Part shown: positions 55,741 through 64,000 of the stretch, one piece after another
Layout of the letters: the number at the start of each line of letters is the position of its first letter
Numbering within the stretch: position 1 is the first letter of the stretch
From: Myxococcales bacterium
Lineage (GTDB): Bacteria; Desulfobacterota; Binatia; HRBIN30
Reading direction: 5' to 3'
NCBI GenBank assembly: GCA_037445065.1
Contig: JBBILD010000008.1
Span: forward strand, 96,001 to 160,000
DNA length: 64,000 nt
Translations under genes and position numbers: made by a program
The notes under the pieces: model-generated
Told to the model about the DNA's origin: nothing
What the model saw: only the letters and a program-made list of their open reading frames with translations
Databases searched by the model: none

Positions 55741-56573
55741 GCGAGGGGCGTGCAGCCTGGGAGATTTTCGCGCCGGATTTATTCCGTGGCCACACCGCAC
55801 TGGTAACGGGTGGTGGCCGCGGCATTGGTCGGGCAATCGCCCATGGTTTTGCCAAGTACGGCGCAAACGTCGTGATTGCTGCCCGCAACCCTGAAAACCT
55901 CGAGCGGACACGAGCGGAACTGGAAGCGATGGGAGTCGGTTGCCTGGCGGTGCCAGCCAACATCCGCGAAGTGCAGCAAGTGGAAGAGTTGGTGCAACGA
56001 ACGCTCGAGCGCTTCGGTGCGATCGATTACTTGGTCAATAACGCTGGAGGGCAGTTCCCGGCGCGGCCACAGGAAATCAGCGACCGTGGTTGGCGGGCGG
56101 TTGTAGACCTCAACCTCAACGGTACGTGGAACATGTGCAGCCGAGTCGGGCCCCACATGCTGGCGCGGGGGAAGGGCGCGGTGGTGAACATCGTGCACAT
56201 TTATTCGTTCGAGCGCGGCGCCCCGGCTTTCGCCCACTCGGGGGCAGCCAGAGCCGGGGTGGTCAACCTCACCCGCTCTTTGGCTTATTACTGGGCCCGG
56301 CGCGGAGTGACGATCAACGCCTTGGCCCCAGGCACAGTTTCGACCCGGGGTCTCCGCGAAGAGGAATTCAGCCGCGCGGAAGTGAGCGATTACGAGGCAT
56401 TGGCGGTCCGCGACATCCCAGCGCACCGCTTGGCGGAGCCCGAGGAAATCGCCGCGGCGGTGTTGTTTCTCTGCTCGCCCGCAGCCCGTTACATTAACGG
56501 TTCGGTGCTGGTCGTGGACGGGGCCTTGTCCTTGAGCAATTGGACTCCGCTCTTCGACCCAGAAACGTTTTGA
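55737..56573 (+). CDS. SDR oxidoreductase (2,4-dienoyl/trans-2-enoyl-CoA reductase or AtuB-like)
   Basis: 'TGGGRGIG', 'NNAGGQF', 'HSGAARAG' replacing YxxxK; GTGA overlap with upstream gene. Confidence 0.88.
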   Translation: MSEGRAAWEIFAPDLFRGHTALVTGGGRGIGRAIAHGFAKYGANVVIAARNPENLERTRAELEAMGVGCLAVPANIREVQQVEELVQRTLERFGAIDYLVNNAGGQFPARPQEISDRGWRAVVDLNLNGTWNMCSRVGPHMLARGKGAVVNIVHIYSFERGAPAFAHSGAARAGVVNLTRSLAYYWARRGVTINALAPGTVSTRGLREEEFSRAEVSDYEALAVRDIPAHRLAEPEEIAAAVLFLCSPAARYINGSVLVVDGALSLSNWTPLFDPETF

Positions 56574-56799
56574 AGGAACCCTGCCGGCCGCCGTCTTGGT
56601 TGGGGTGCTTCGTCGCCAGAGCGCTGCGGGCCCGAGAAGGTTCTGCGCACAGAGCCTGGCACGCTCACGATCGGCGGCGAGCAGGCTAGCGCCGTCATGC
56701 CACGGACCCCCGCGCTAAGCTTTGGTTGTTTTCGGGGCCCCTGACTCTGGCGAAGAGGTAACGCAGCGCCTAACCCCAGGCGAACTCCCGGAGGTGCCC

Positions 56800-57438
56800 A
56801 TGAGTGAGATTGATCAATTGTTCACCAACAACCGCCGCTGGGCGCGGCAACTGACCGATCGAGATCCTGACTTTTTCTTGAGGCTTTCTCGCCAGCAAGC
56901 GCCGCCGTATTTGTGGATCGGTTGCGCCGATTCGCGCGTTCCGGCCAATGAGATTGTCGGCCTCTTGCCCGGCGAGCTGTTCGTGCACCGCAACGTAGCC
57001 AATATCGTCCTGCACGCGGATGTGAACTGCCTTTCTGTTCTGCAGTACGCGGTCGAGGTGTTGCGCGTCCGGCACATTATCGTCTGCGGCCATTATGGCT
57101 GCGGCGGCGTTGCGCACGCCATGGGCCATGGAGAGCTGGGCCTGATCGACAACTGGCTGCGCTGTATCAAGGACTTGTACGAGAGGAACCTGCAGGAACT
57201 CGAAAAGCTCGAACCACAGGCGCGCTTGCGGCGGCTGTGCGAACTCAACGTCGCGCAGCAGGTGCGCAACGTAGCGCACACCACGATTGTTCAAAGAGCC
57301 TGGCTCGATGGCCGCTCGCTGGCCGTGCACGGCTGGATTTACGACATCGCCGATGGCCTGCTCCATGACCTTGGTGTGAGTATTGCGGGCCTGGATCAGC
57401 TTTCCTCTATCTACCGACTCCAACCGCCGAATGCGTGA
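56800..57438 (+). CDS. can: Beta-class carbonic anhydrase
   Basis: 'WIGCADSRVP', 'FVHRNVAN', 'CGHYGCGGV', 'HGWIY'. Confidence 0.95.
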   Translation: MSEIDQLFTNNRRWARQLTDRDPDFFLRLSRQQAPPYLWIGCADSRVPANEIVGLLPGELFVHRNVANIVLHADVNCLSVLQYAVEVLRVRHIIVCGHYGCGGVAHAMGHGELGLIDNWLRCIKDLYERNLQELEKLEPQARLRRLCELNVAQQVRNVAHTTIVQRAWLDGRSLAVHGWIYDIADGLLHDLGVSIAGLDQLSSIYRLQPPNA

Positions 57439-57455
57439 AACAGCAACCGCCCGGC

Positions 57456-57483
57456 TTGCCCGAAGGCGCCGGCTGGGTATGAT
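57456..57483 (+). promoter_or_regulatory. Putative sigma70 promoter for the HMGS-like/thiolase/P450 genes
   Basis: TTGCCC-16 nt-TATGAT followed by an AGGAGG RBS. Confidence 0.55.
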
Positions 57484-57517
57484 GCGAAGCATCAACGAGG
57501 CAGGAGGGAACTGACGC

Positions 57518-58903
57518 TTGGCAGGAATCGTTCGGTACGGGAGCTATGTGCCTTATTTCCGGTTACAACGCGCGGCCTTCGGTGCTGGAAAGGGCGAACG
57601 AGCGGTAGCGAGTTATGACGAAGACGCCGCGTCGCTCGCGGTCGAGGCAGCGCGTGATGCCGTGCGGGGCTCGCCACCGGTAGACGCGCTGTTATTCGCC
57701 ACCACCAGTCCCCCGTACGCGGAAAAGTTGAACGCTGCCACCGTGCAGGCAGCACTCGATCTGCCCGAGTCGATTGCCGCCTTCGAGCTGTCTGCCTCCA
57801 CGCGCATGGGTGCGGCAGCGCTGTCGCTTGGGTGCGATTTGGCGGACGGGGGGCGCCGCGTCTTGGTGTGCGCTGGCGACGTGACGGTTGGCGCGCCCGG
57901 GGGCTTGCGTGAGGCACAAGGAGCAGATGCGGGAGTCGCGTTCTTGCTCGGTCCGGATCAGGAGTCTATCGCGCGCCTGATCGGCAAGTCCCAGCGAACC
58001 GTGGAGATTCTCGATGTTTGGCGAGTTCCGGAGGAGCGCTTCCCGCGGCAATGGGAAGAGCGGTTTGCCGCGGAGACGCTCTCGCCGATTGTAGTAGAGG
58101 TGGCACGCCAAGCACTGCTCGCGGCAGGCGTGAGCCCAGAACAGTTGGCGGCGGTGATCCTCGACGGTGTCAATCCTCGCACGCTGGCGGCGTTGCCCCG
58201 GGCACTGGGGATCGATCCGACGCGCTGTGCGGACCCGGTGGCCATGGCCATCGGCCGTGCTGGCTGCGCGGCAGCGGGCTTGGCTCTCGCTCACGTTCTG
58301 GACCAGGCACAGCCAGGGGAGCGCGTGCTTGTGGTCAGCGAGGCAGACGGGGTCGATGCGCTGGTGTTCGAAATCACGAGCCACATCCGCAGCGCGCCTA
58401 GGCCGCGGCCTGTGCAACGGTGGATCGAGTCGAAACGCAACGATCTGCCCTACACAACGTACCTGAAGTGGCGTGGGATCTTGCCGTTCGAGCCACCGCG
58501 GCGGCCCGACCCAGAGCGACCGGCCGCGCCGGTGATGCGGCGCCACGAGCGCTGGAAGATGGCGTTTGTCGGCTCTCGCTGCCGTCGGTGCCGGACAGGG
58601 CACCTGCCTCCCCAGCGCGTGTGCGTGCAATGCGGTGCCGTAGACGAGATGGACGACGAACGGTACGCCGACACCGCGTGTCGCGTTGCCACCTACACCC
58701 TGGACTACCTGGCCTATTCCCTGCAGCCGCCGGTGGTGGTGGCAGTGGCTGATTACGAGGGCGGTGGCCGGTTTAGCTGCGAGCTGACCGATGTCGATCC
58801 AAAGCAAGTCAAGATTGGCGATCAGTTGGAAATGACGTTCCGCCGGCTCTACACCGCTCAGGGGGTTCACAACTACTTTTGGAAAGCGCGGCCAATGCGC
58901 TAA
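57518..58903 (+). CDS. HMG-CoA synthase/KAS III-like domain fused to DUF35 (Zn ribbon + OB fold)
   Basis: 'YGSYVPYFRL', 'DEDAASLAVEAA', then 'CRRC...PPQRVCVQC' and 'EMTFRRL...NYFWKARP'; TTG start. Confidence 0.85.
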   Translation: MAGIVRYGSYVPYFRLQRAAFGAGKGERAVASYDEDAASLAVEAARDAVRGSPPVDALLFATTSPPYAEKLNAATVQAALDLPESIAAFELSASTRMGAAALSLGCDLADGGRRVLVCAGDVTVGAPGGLREAQGADAGVAFLLGPDQESIARLIGKSQRTVEILDVWRVPEERFPRQWEERFAAETLSPIVVEVARQALLAAGVSPEQLAAVILDGVNPRTLAALPRALGIDPTRCADPVAMAIGRAGCAAAGLALAHVLDQAQPGERVLVVSEADGVDALVFEITSHIRSAPRPRPVQRWIESKRNDLPYTTYLKWRGILPFEPPRRPDPERPAAPVMRRHERWKMAFVGSRCRRCRTGHLPPQRVCVQCGAVDEMDDERYADTACRVATYTLDYLAYSLQPPVVVAVADYEGGGRFSCELTDVDPKQVKIGDQLEMTFRRLYTAQGVHNYFWKARPMR

Positions 58904-58939
58904 GCGAAGCCGCTGGCAAGCAGAAAGAGGAGGCAGCCA

Positions 58940-60115
58940 ATGGCAAGCAACGGAATCAAAGATCGGGTGGCCATCGTCGGCATGGGTTGCACCCCATTCG
59001 GCGAGCACTGGGATAAGGGACCAGAGGACCTGTTGATCGAAGCAGCCAAGGAAGCGTACGCCTCGGCTCACATCGCTCCCGAACAAGTGGACGCTTACTG
59101 GCTGGGTACCATGGCGAGTGGGTTCTCGGGTTTGATGCTGTCGGAAGCCCTCAAAATTCCGTACAAGCCGGTCACTCGTTTGGAAAACATGTGCGCAACA
59201 GGGAGCGAGGCGTTGCGTAACGCTGCTTACGCGGTGGCGAGCGGGGCGTACGACTTGGTGATGGCGATCGGGGTGGAGAAGCTCAAAGACTCAGGATTTT
59301 CGGGTCTAGCCATGCAGAATCCTCCACACGATGGCACGATTTCCAACATGACCGCACCGGCCACGTTTTCGTTGCTGGCGCCGGCGTATGCAAAGAAGTA
59401 CGGCGTTCCGGAAGACACTCTCAAGCAAGTGCTGGCCCGCATTGCCTGGAAGAACCATAAGAACGGTGCCCGCAATCCGAAAGCGCAGTTTCGGAAGGAA
59501 GTCTCGATGGAAACCATCTGTAAGTCGCCTCCGGTGGCGGGCATGCTCGGGATTTTCGATTGCTCGGGGGTGAGCGACGGAGCTGCGGCTGCGATTCTTT
59601 GCCGTGCTGAGGATGCACACAAGTACACGGACAAACCCATCTTTATCAAAGCGCTTGCCTTCGCGGCCGGACCAGCAGAGGGATACTTTAGCCAGAACTA
59701 CGATTTCACCACCTTCCCAGAGGTGGTGCGTAGCGCCGAGGACGCCTACCGGCAGGCAGGGGTGACGAATCCGCGCGAGGAAATCAGCATGGCAGAAGTG
59801 CACGACTGTTTTACCCCAACCGAACTCGTGCTGATGGAGGACATGGGCTTTTCTCCGCGCGGGCAGGCGTGGCGAGACGTGCTCGACGGCCGCTTCGATG
59901 GAGACGGGCCTCAGCCGGTGAACCCGGACGGAGGACTGAAGAGCTTCGGGCACCCGATCGGAGCCAGCGGCCTGCGCATGATGTACGAGATGTGGTTGCA
60001 ACTGCGCGGGGAAGCCGGCCCGCGCCAAATCCCCAACCCAAAGCTTGGGCTCACCCACAATTTAGGCGGAGCACCCGGACGGTGCGTGAGCTTCGTCTCG
60101 ATCGTCGGCTTGTGA
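58940..60115 (+). CDS. Thiolase, SCP-x/PhlC-like type
   Basis: 'VAIVGMGCTPFG', 'ENMCATG', 'SDGAAA', 'EVHDCF', 'GHPIGASG', 'HNLGG'. Confidence 0.92.
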   Translation: MASNGIKDRVAIVGMGCTPFGEHWDKGPEDLLIEAAKEAYASAHIAPEQVDAYWLGTMASGFSGLMLSEALKIPYKPVTRLENMCATGSEALRNAAYAVASGAYDLVMAIGVEKLKDSGFSGLAMQNPPHDGTISNMTAPATFSLLAPAYAKKYGVPEDTLKQVLARIAWKNHKNGARNPKAQFRKEVSMETICKSPPVAGMLGIFDCSGVSDGAAAAILCRAEDAHKYTDKPIFIKALAFAAGPAEGYFSQNYDFTTFPEVVRSAEDAYRQAGVTNPREEISMAEVHDCFTPTELVLMEDMGFSPRGQAWRDVLDGRFDGDGPQPVNPDGGLKSFGHPIGASGLRMMYEMWLQLRGEAGPRQIPNPKLGLTHNLGGAPGRCVSFVSIVGL

Positions 60116-60136
60116 GGCTTTGCGAGGGAGCCTGCA

Positions 60137-61333
60137 ATGCGCGAGGCCCGTCATCCGGTGGACGAGGGAATTCGGCTGGTGCACGGAGATTTTTACGCTC
60201 ACGACCCACACCCGTTCTTCACCTGGATGCGCAAAAACGCGCCCGTGTATTGGGACGAAGGTGGCCAGGTTTGGGGCATCACCCGCTACGAAGACGTCAT
60301 GCGGATTTCCCGCGACGGGCAGACGTTTTCCAACCGCTATGGTATGCGGCCCGACTCGCCTCCCATGCCCTCGATGATCAACCTGGATGACCCCGAGCAC
60401 AAGCGGCGGCGCAGCTTGGTGAACAAGGGGTTCACCGCCGGCCGCGTGCGCGCACAAGAGGACAAAATCCGCCGCTGGTGCCGGCAACTGTTGGACCGGG
60501 CACAGGAGAAGAGGCAGTTCGACTTCGTGCGCGAAGTAGCGATGCCTTTGCCCATGCTGGTGATTGGCGACATGCTGGGCGTTGCGGAGGAAGACCACGA
60601 AACGCTGCTGCGCTGGTCCGACGAGCTGATCTTGGGCTCCACTATGACCGCTCCCCAAGAATGTATCGAGGCGGCGCAGCGCGCCTTCGAAGAGTACGCT
60701 GAGTACCACCGCCGGGTTGCCGAGGACCGGCGCCGCAACCCGCGCGAGGATTTGATCAGCGTCCTCGTGCACGCCGAGATTGACGGCGACCGCCTAAGCG
60801 AGGACGAATTGCTGCACGAAACCTTGCTCATCCTGGTAGGTGGGGATGAAACGACGCGCCACGTGATCAGCGGGGGACTATACGAGTTGTTGCGCCATCC
60901 GGATCAATGGTCGTTGTTGCAAGAAGAACCTGCGCGAATCCCGGTGGCCGTCGAGGAAATGTTGCGGTGGGTAAGCCCGATCCAGAACATGGCGCGCACG
61001 GCGACCCGAGACGTGGAAATTCGCGGTCAGCGCATTGCCGCCGGTGACAAACTCCTCTTGTTGTACCCATCTGCCAATCGCGACGAGGATGTATTTCCAG
61101 AACCGTTTCGCTTCGATGTGACCCGTCATCCGAACGAGCACGTCGCGTTTGGTGGATACGGTACGCACTTTTGCCTGGGTGCGAACTTAGCCCGTTTGGA
61201 ATTGCGCGTTCTGTTCGAGGAGCTTGCCTCGCGCAAACCCCAGTTGGAACTCCTGGGCGAAGGGCCCCCTCCGCGGAGGCCGTCGAACTTCATCGTCGGC
61301 TTCGAGTCCCTCCCCGTGCGCTGGCAGTCGTAA
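60137..61333 (+). CDS. Cytochrome P450, CYP142-like
   Basis: 'SMINLDDPEHKRRR', I-helix 'LILVGGDETT', 'EEMLRW', heme motif 'FGGYGTHFCLG'. Confidence 0.93.
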   Translation: MREARHPVDEGIRLVHGDFYAHDPHPFFTWMRKNAPVYWDEGGQVWGITRYEDVMRISRDGQTFSNRYGMRPDSPPMPSMINLDDPEHKRRRSLVNKGFTAGRVRAQEDKIRRWCRQLLDRAQEKRQFDFVREVAMPLPMLVIGDMLGVAEEDHETLLRWSDELILGSTMTAPQECIEAAQRAFEEYAEYHRRVAEDRRRNPREDLISVLVHAEIDGDRLSEDELLHETLLILVGGDETTRHVISGGLYELLRHPDQWSLLQEEPARIPVAVEEMLRWVSPIQNMARTATRDVEIRGQRIAAGDKLLLLYPSANRDEDVFPEPFRFDVTRHPNEHVAFGGYGTHFCLGANLARLELRVLFEELASRKPQLELLGEGPPPRRPSNFIVGFESLPVRWQS

Positions 61334-61536
61334 GATTGGCTGCGCGCTCAGTGGGAATGGGGGCTCAAAGCGTGGCCCCGCTTGGGCTTAGGCGCGGCGG
61401 CGAGTGCGGGACCGTTCGCGACACCGCTTTCGACGGTAGCCCCGTGCCCAGTGAGAGCGCTCCACCGATGATCTTCGAGCTTCCGAGACCAGCGCGCTAG
61501 GTTCTTCGAGGAGCGCACCGGATACACGCAGAGAAT

Positions 61537-62157
61537 TTAGGGCCTGCTTACCCCCGCGCGCATGCACACCTCTTCGAAGGCCCGTTGAAGATCCGCGTAC
61601 GTGTGCGCAACGCGAAACTGCGGAAATTGAGCAGCGATTTGTTGCGGTGGGCGAAACAGGATCCCATAGTCCGCCTCGGCCAGCATGGTGACATCGTTGT
61701 AAGAATCCCCGGCTGCAACCACGTCGAAGTTCAACAGCTTGAGTGCCATGACCGCTTTGCGCTTGCCGTCACGAATTCGAATTCGATAGTCCCGAACGCG
61801 CCCCTCCTCGTCAACCACAAGAGAATTGCAGAAGAGGGTCGGATACCCCAGTTGCTCCATGAGTGGGTGCGCAAACTGCTCGAAGGTGTCGGACAAGATG
61901 ATCACCTGAAAGCGGCGGCGCAGCCAATCGAGAAACGCATGTGCACCCTCCAACGGGCGCATTTGGCGAATGACCGCTTGAATATCGGCGAGTCTGAGTC
62001 CGTGCGCATCGAGGATTTCCAGCCGGCGGCGCATGAGCTTGTCATAGTCGGGTTCGTCTCGGGTGGTGCGGCGCAGCTCTGCGATGCCGGTACGTTCTGC
62101 CACATTGATCCAGATCTCGGGGACCAGAACCCCTTCCAAATCGAGGCAAGCGATCAT
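61537..62157 (-). CDS. thrH: Phosphoserine phosphatase / homoserine phosphotransferase ThrH
   Basis: 'CLDLEGVLVPEIW', 'TTRDEPDYD', 'AAGDSYND'. Confidence 0.95.
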   Translation of the reverse strand: MIACLDLEGVLVPEIWINVAERTGIAELRRTTRDEPDYDKLMRRRLEILDAHGLRLADIQAVIRQMRPLEGAHAFLDWLRRRFQVIILSDTFEQFAHPLMEQLGYPTLFCNSLVVDEEGRVRDYRIRIRDGKRKAVMALKLLNFDVVAAGDSYNDVTMLAEADYGILFRPPQQIAAQFPQFRVAHTYADLQRAFEEVCMRAGVSRP

Positions 62158-62210
62158 GACCGGCGGTTAAGATCAGTGCCGCGCGACGTGCAAGCCTGCT
62201 GCAGGCGCAA

Positions 62211-62609
62211 TCACTGGAGTACACCGGGTACTGCCAAGGTAAAAGGAGCGATTTCGATGTCGAAGTACGAGCCGTCGTTGCGCCGCATGCGGTAGCTGCC
62301 ATGCATCGAGCCGATCGGCGTCGGGAGCGGGCAAAAAGAGGAGTACTCGAAGACGTCGCCCGGCCGCAGGAAGGGCTGCTCCCCGACCACCCCTGCGCCC
62401 TGAACTTCTTTGACGCGTCCCTCGGCGTCGGTGATGATCCAGTGGCGGCTTACCAAGCGGGCACTTTCGCTCCCTTCGTTGGCGATCGTCACGTGGTACA
62501 CGAACAACCAGCGATTGTCCTCGGGGGCAGAATGGTCTGGGGCATAATGGGCGGCCACGCGCACGCGAAATCCGCGCGTGAGGGCTTCTGACGTGAATCG
62601 CTCGATCAT
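62211..62609 (-). CDS. apaG: ApaG domain protein
   Basis: 'LVSRHWIITD', 'GAGVVGEQP', 'GSMHGSY'. Confidence 0.95.
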   Translation of the reverse strand: MIERFTSEALTRGFRVRVAAHYAPDHSAPEDNRWLFVYHVTIANEGSESARLVSRHWIITDAEGRVKEVQGAGVVGEQPFLRPGDVFEYSSFCPLPTPIGSMHGSYRMRRNDGSYFDIEIAPFTLAVPGVLQ

Positions 62610-62731
62610 GGGGAAAACTTCTGTAATGAGCACTGACCAGCCGTGCAACGCTCGGGTTCCGAGAGATCCGTGGCGAGTTGACACTTTTTGCTGCTGTGCA
62701 AAGCACGATGCCGGGAGTCGGGAGCACGAAG

Positions 62732-63211
62732 ATGATGGCGGAAGAACGACCCTTTCGGGTACTCGGGATACAACAGATTGCGATTGGTGCCCGCGACAAG
62801 AATGCCTTGCGGAGGCTGTGGGTGGAATTGTTCGGCTTGCCAGTGACCGGCAATTTCCGCAGCGAAAGCGAGAACGTGGATGAGGACATCTGCGTGCTGG
62901 GCTCCGGCGCTGTGCGGGTAGAGGTGGACCTCATGCAACCGATCGATCCGGAGAAGCGGCCGAAGGTCCATGAGCCTCCCCTCAACCACATTGGGCTTTG
63001 GGTGGACGATCTCAAGACTGCTGTCGAATGGTTGCAAAATCGAGGCGTTCGCTTCGCGCCCGGGGGGATCCGCAAAGGCGCCGCGGGTTACGACGTTTGC
63101 TTTATCCATCCCAAGGGGAACGAGGAATTTCCGTTCAGCGGGGAGGGGGTGTTGATCGAACTCGTGCAAGCCCCACCCGAAGTGATCGAAGCGCTTACCC
63201 AAAACGAATAG
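62732..63211 (+). CDS. VOC family protein (methylmalonyl-CoA epimerase / glyoxalase-like)
   Basis: 'QQIAIG', '[11 protein letters not shown]', 'CFIHPK', 'GVLIELVQ'. Confidence 0.85.
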   Translation: MMAEERPFRVLGIQQIAIGARDKNALRRLWVELFGLPVTGNFRSESENVDEDICVLGSGAVRVEVDLMQPIDPEKRPKVHEPPLNHIGLWVDDLKTAVEWLQNRGVRFAPGGIRKGAAGYDVCFIHPKGNEEFPFSGEGVLIELVQAPPEVIEALTQNE

Positions 63212-63275
63212 TTGCGCAGAGGTTCCTTTGCGCCGCTGGTGGGGACCGCAGCGCAAAGGATCTGCTGCGGACTCG

Positions 63276-63992
63276 TCAAGACCGGCGTTGCCTGCGCATC
63301 TGCCGTTCTAGGAAAAGCGCGGCACGGGTCACGCGCGCTTGCAAGATATCGAGCCCTCGCCGCCGGAACGAACGGATCCAGGTGCGAACGTGGTTGAGCG
63401 CGACGCCGAGAGCTGCCGCGATTTCCTCGTCGCTGCGCCCTTCATGGGCTGCCAAAAGCACCTGTGCGAGTAGCCTTCTGCCCGGTTGGGGGTTGCGGCG
63501 CCAAACCTGGAGCACTCGTTCCACTGCGGGCGTCAAACGCAACCGCAAGTGCCTTGCCCTGCGCCAGTACTGGGGCGGGAGCTCACTGCCACGAAGCAAC
63601 TGCCGCAGTCCCTCGACGCTGATTTCGTAGATCAGCCCCTGTTCGAGCAAGTAGGAACGGAGCAAGCGCAGAGACCAGCGTCCCCGCGCAAGCCCGAGGC
63701 TGCGTGGAGAACTCTGCGCGATGCGGATGATTTGGGATTTCGTATCCTCGTCGAACAACAGCGGGCGCGCCGTGCCCGTGGCTGCGTGCATGAGGCCTGG
63801 GATTCCGCGTTCGCAAAAATTCAAGACGCAGTTCCGCACTGTGTTCGGATGGATGCGGAAGCGGCGGGCAATCTCTTTGAACGGATAGCCGGAGCCACGG
63901 GCGAGGATGATTCGCGCCCTGCGTGCGACTCGCGCTGAGGCGTGTTTAGCGAGCCATTCCAGTTCTCTTTGCTCGGCTTCGCTCAATTGCAA
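63276..63992 (-). CDS. IS630-like HTH protein with duplicated N-terminal HTH and no DDE domain; frame open to the window edge
   Basis: 'RRARIILA..G....EIA......TVR....F...GI.GL', winged helix 'RWSLRLLRSYL...ISVEGLRQLL', second HTH copy at the C-terminus. Confidence 0.7.
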   Translation of the reverse strand: MQLSEAEQRELEWLAKHASARVARRARIILARGSGYPFKEIARRFRIHPNTVRNCVLNFCERGIPGLMHAATGTARPLLFDEDTKSQIIRIAQSSPRSLGLARGRWSLRLLRSYLLEQGLIYEISVEGLRQLLRGSELPPQYWRRARHLRLRLTPAVERVLQVWRRNPQPGRRLLAQVLLAAHEGRSDEEIAAALGVALNHVRTWIRSFRRRGLDILQARVTRAALFLERQMRRQRRS

Positions 63993-64000
63993 CGGGTCCC

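Noticed and set aside
63276..63992. Active IS630 insertion sequence
   Set aside because: No DDE catalytic domain or terminal inverted repeat visible downstream
1..64000. CRISPR arrays, tRNA/rRNA genes, prophage or defence systems
   Set aside because: No regularly spaced repeats, cloverleaf-like sequences or phage/defence hallmark proteins recognised by eye; a covariance-model scan would be needed to exclude small RNAs

Overview
A 64 kb, GC-rich, gene-dense stretch of bacterial chromosome from a diderm (it encodes an outer-membrane porin). A dockerin-like 'GDCDxDxxVTVDELVRAVNIAL' module suggests Candidatus Binatia/Binatota, but this is recollection-based inference. I found no rRNA, tRNA, CRISPR array, prophage or intact IS element. 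In order, the window holds: a complete phosphate operon (porin-pstSCAB-phoU-phoB-phoR); a stress cluster (three Hsp20, SDH protease, MarC, an HPF/RaiA-sigma70 fusion, a Kef antiporter broken by an in-frame TAG, adk); a UbiB-like kinase and a HIT protein; a secreted cytochrome c-like/copper monooxygenase/dockerin fusion; a small Zn-finger gene; icd; a TPR-hemD-hemE-hemH-hemY operon; a hydrolase, lhgO and a sulfatase-like gene; tal-pgi-gnd-zwf-pgl, glpD and malQ; an ECF sigma fused to its own Zn anti-sigma domain; an eight-gene lipid head-group operon (HAD, NTP transferase, ATP-grasp, class III aminotransferase, Gfo/Idh/MocA dehydrogenase, CDP-alcohol phosphotransferase, HpnL-like flippase, HpnK) facing hpnJ-DMT; an SDR, carbonic anhydrase, HMGS-like/DUF35 fusion, thiolase and CYP142-like P450; thrH, apaG, a VOC protein; and an IS630-derived tandem-HTH protein. 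The best candidates for an undescribed system are (1) the putative amino-cyclitol lipid/hopanoid head-group operon, (2) the HPF-sigma fusion and (3) the heme c-copper monooxygenase fusion. All family calls come from motif recognition by eye; no database searches were run.
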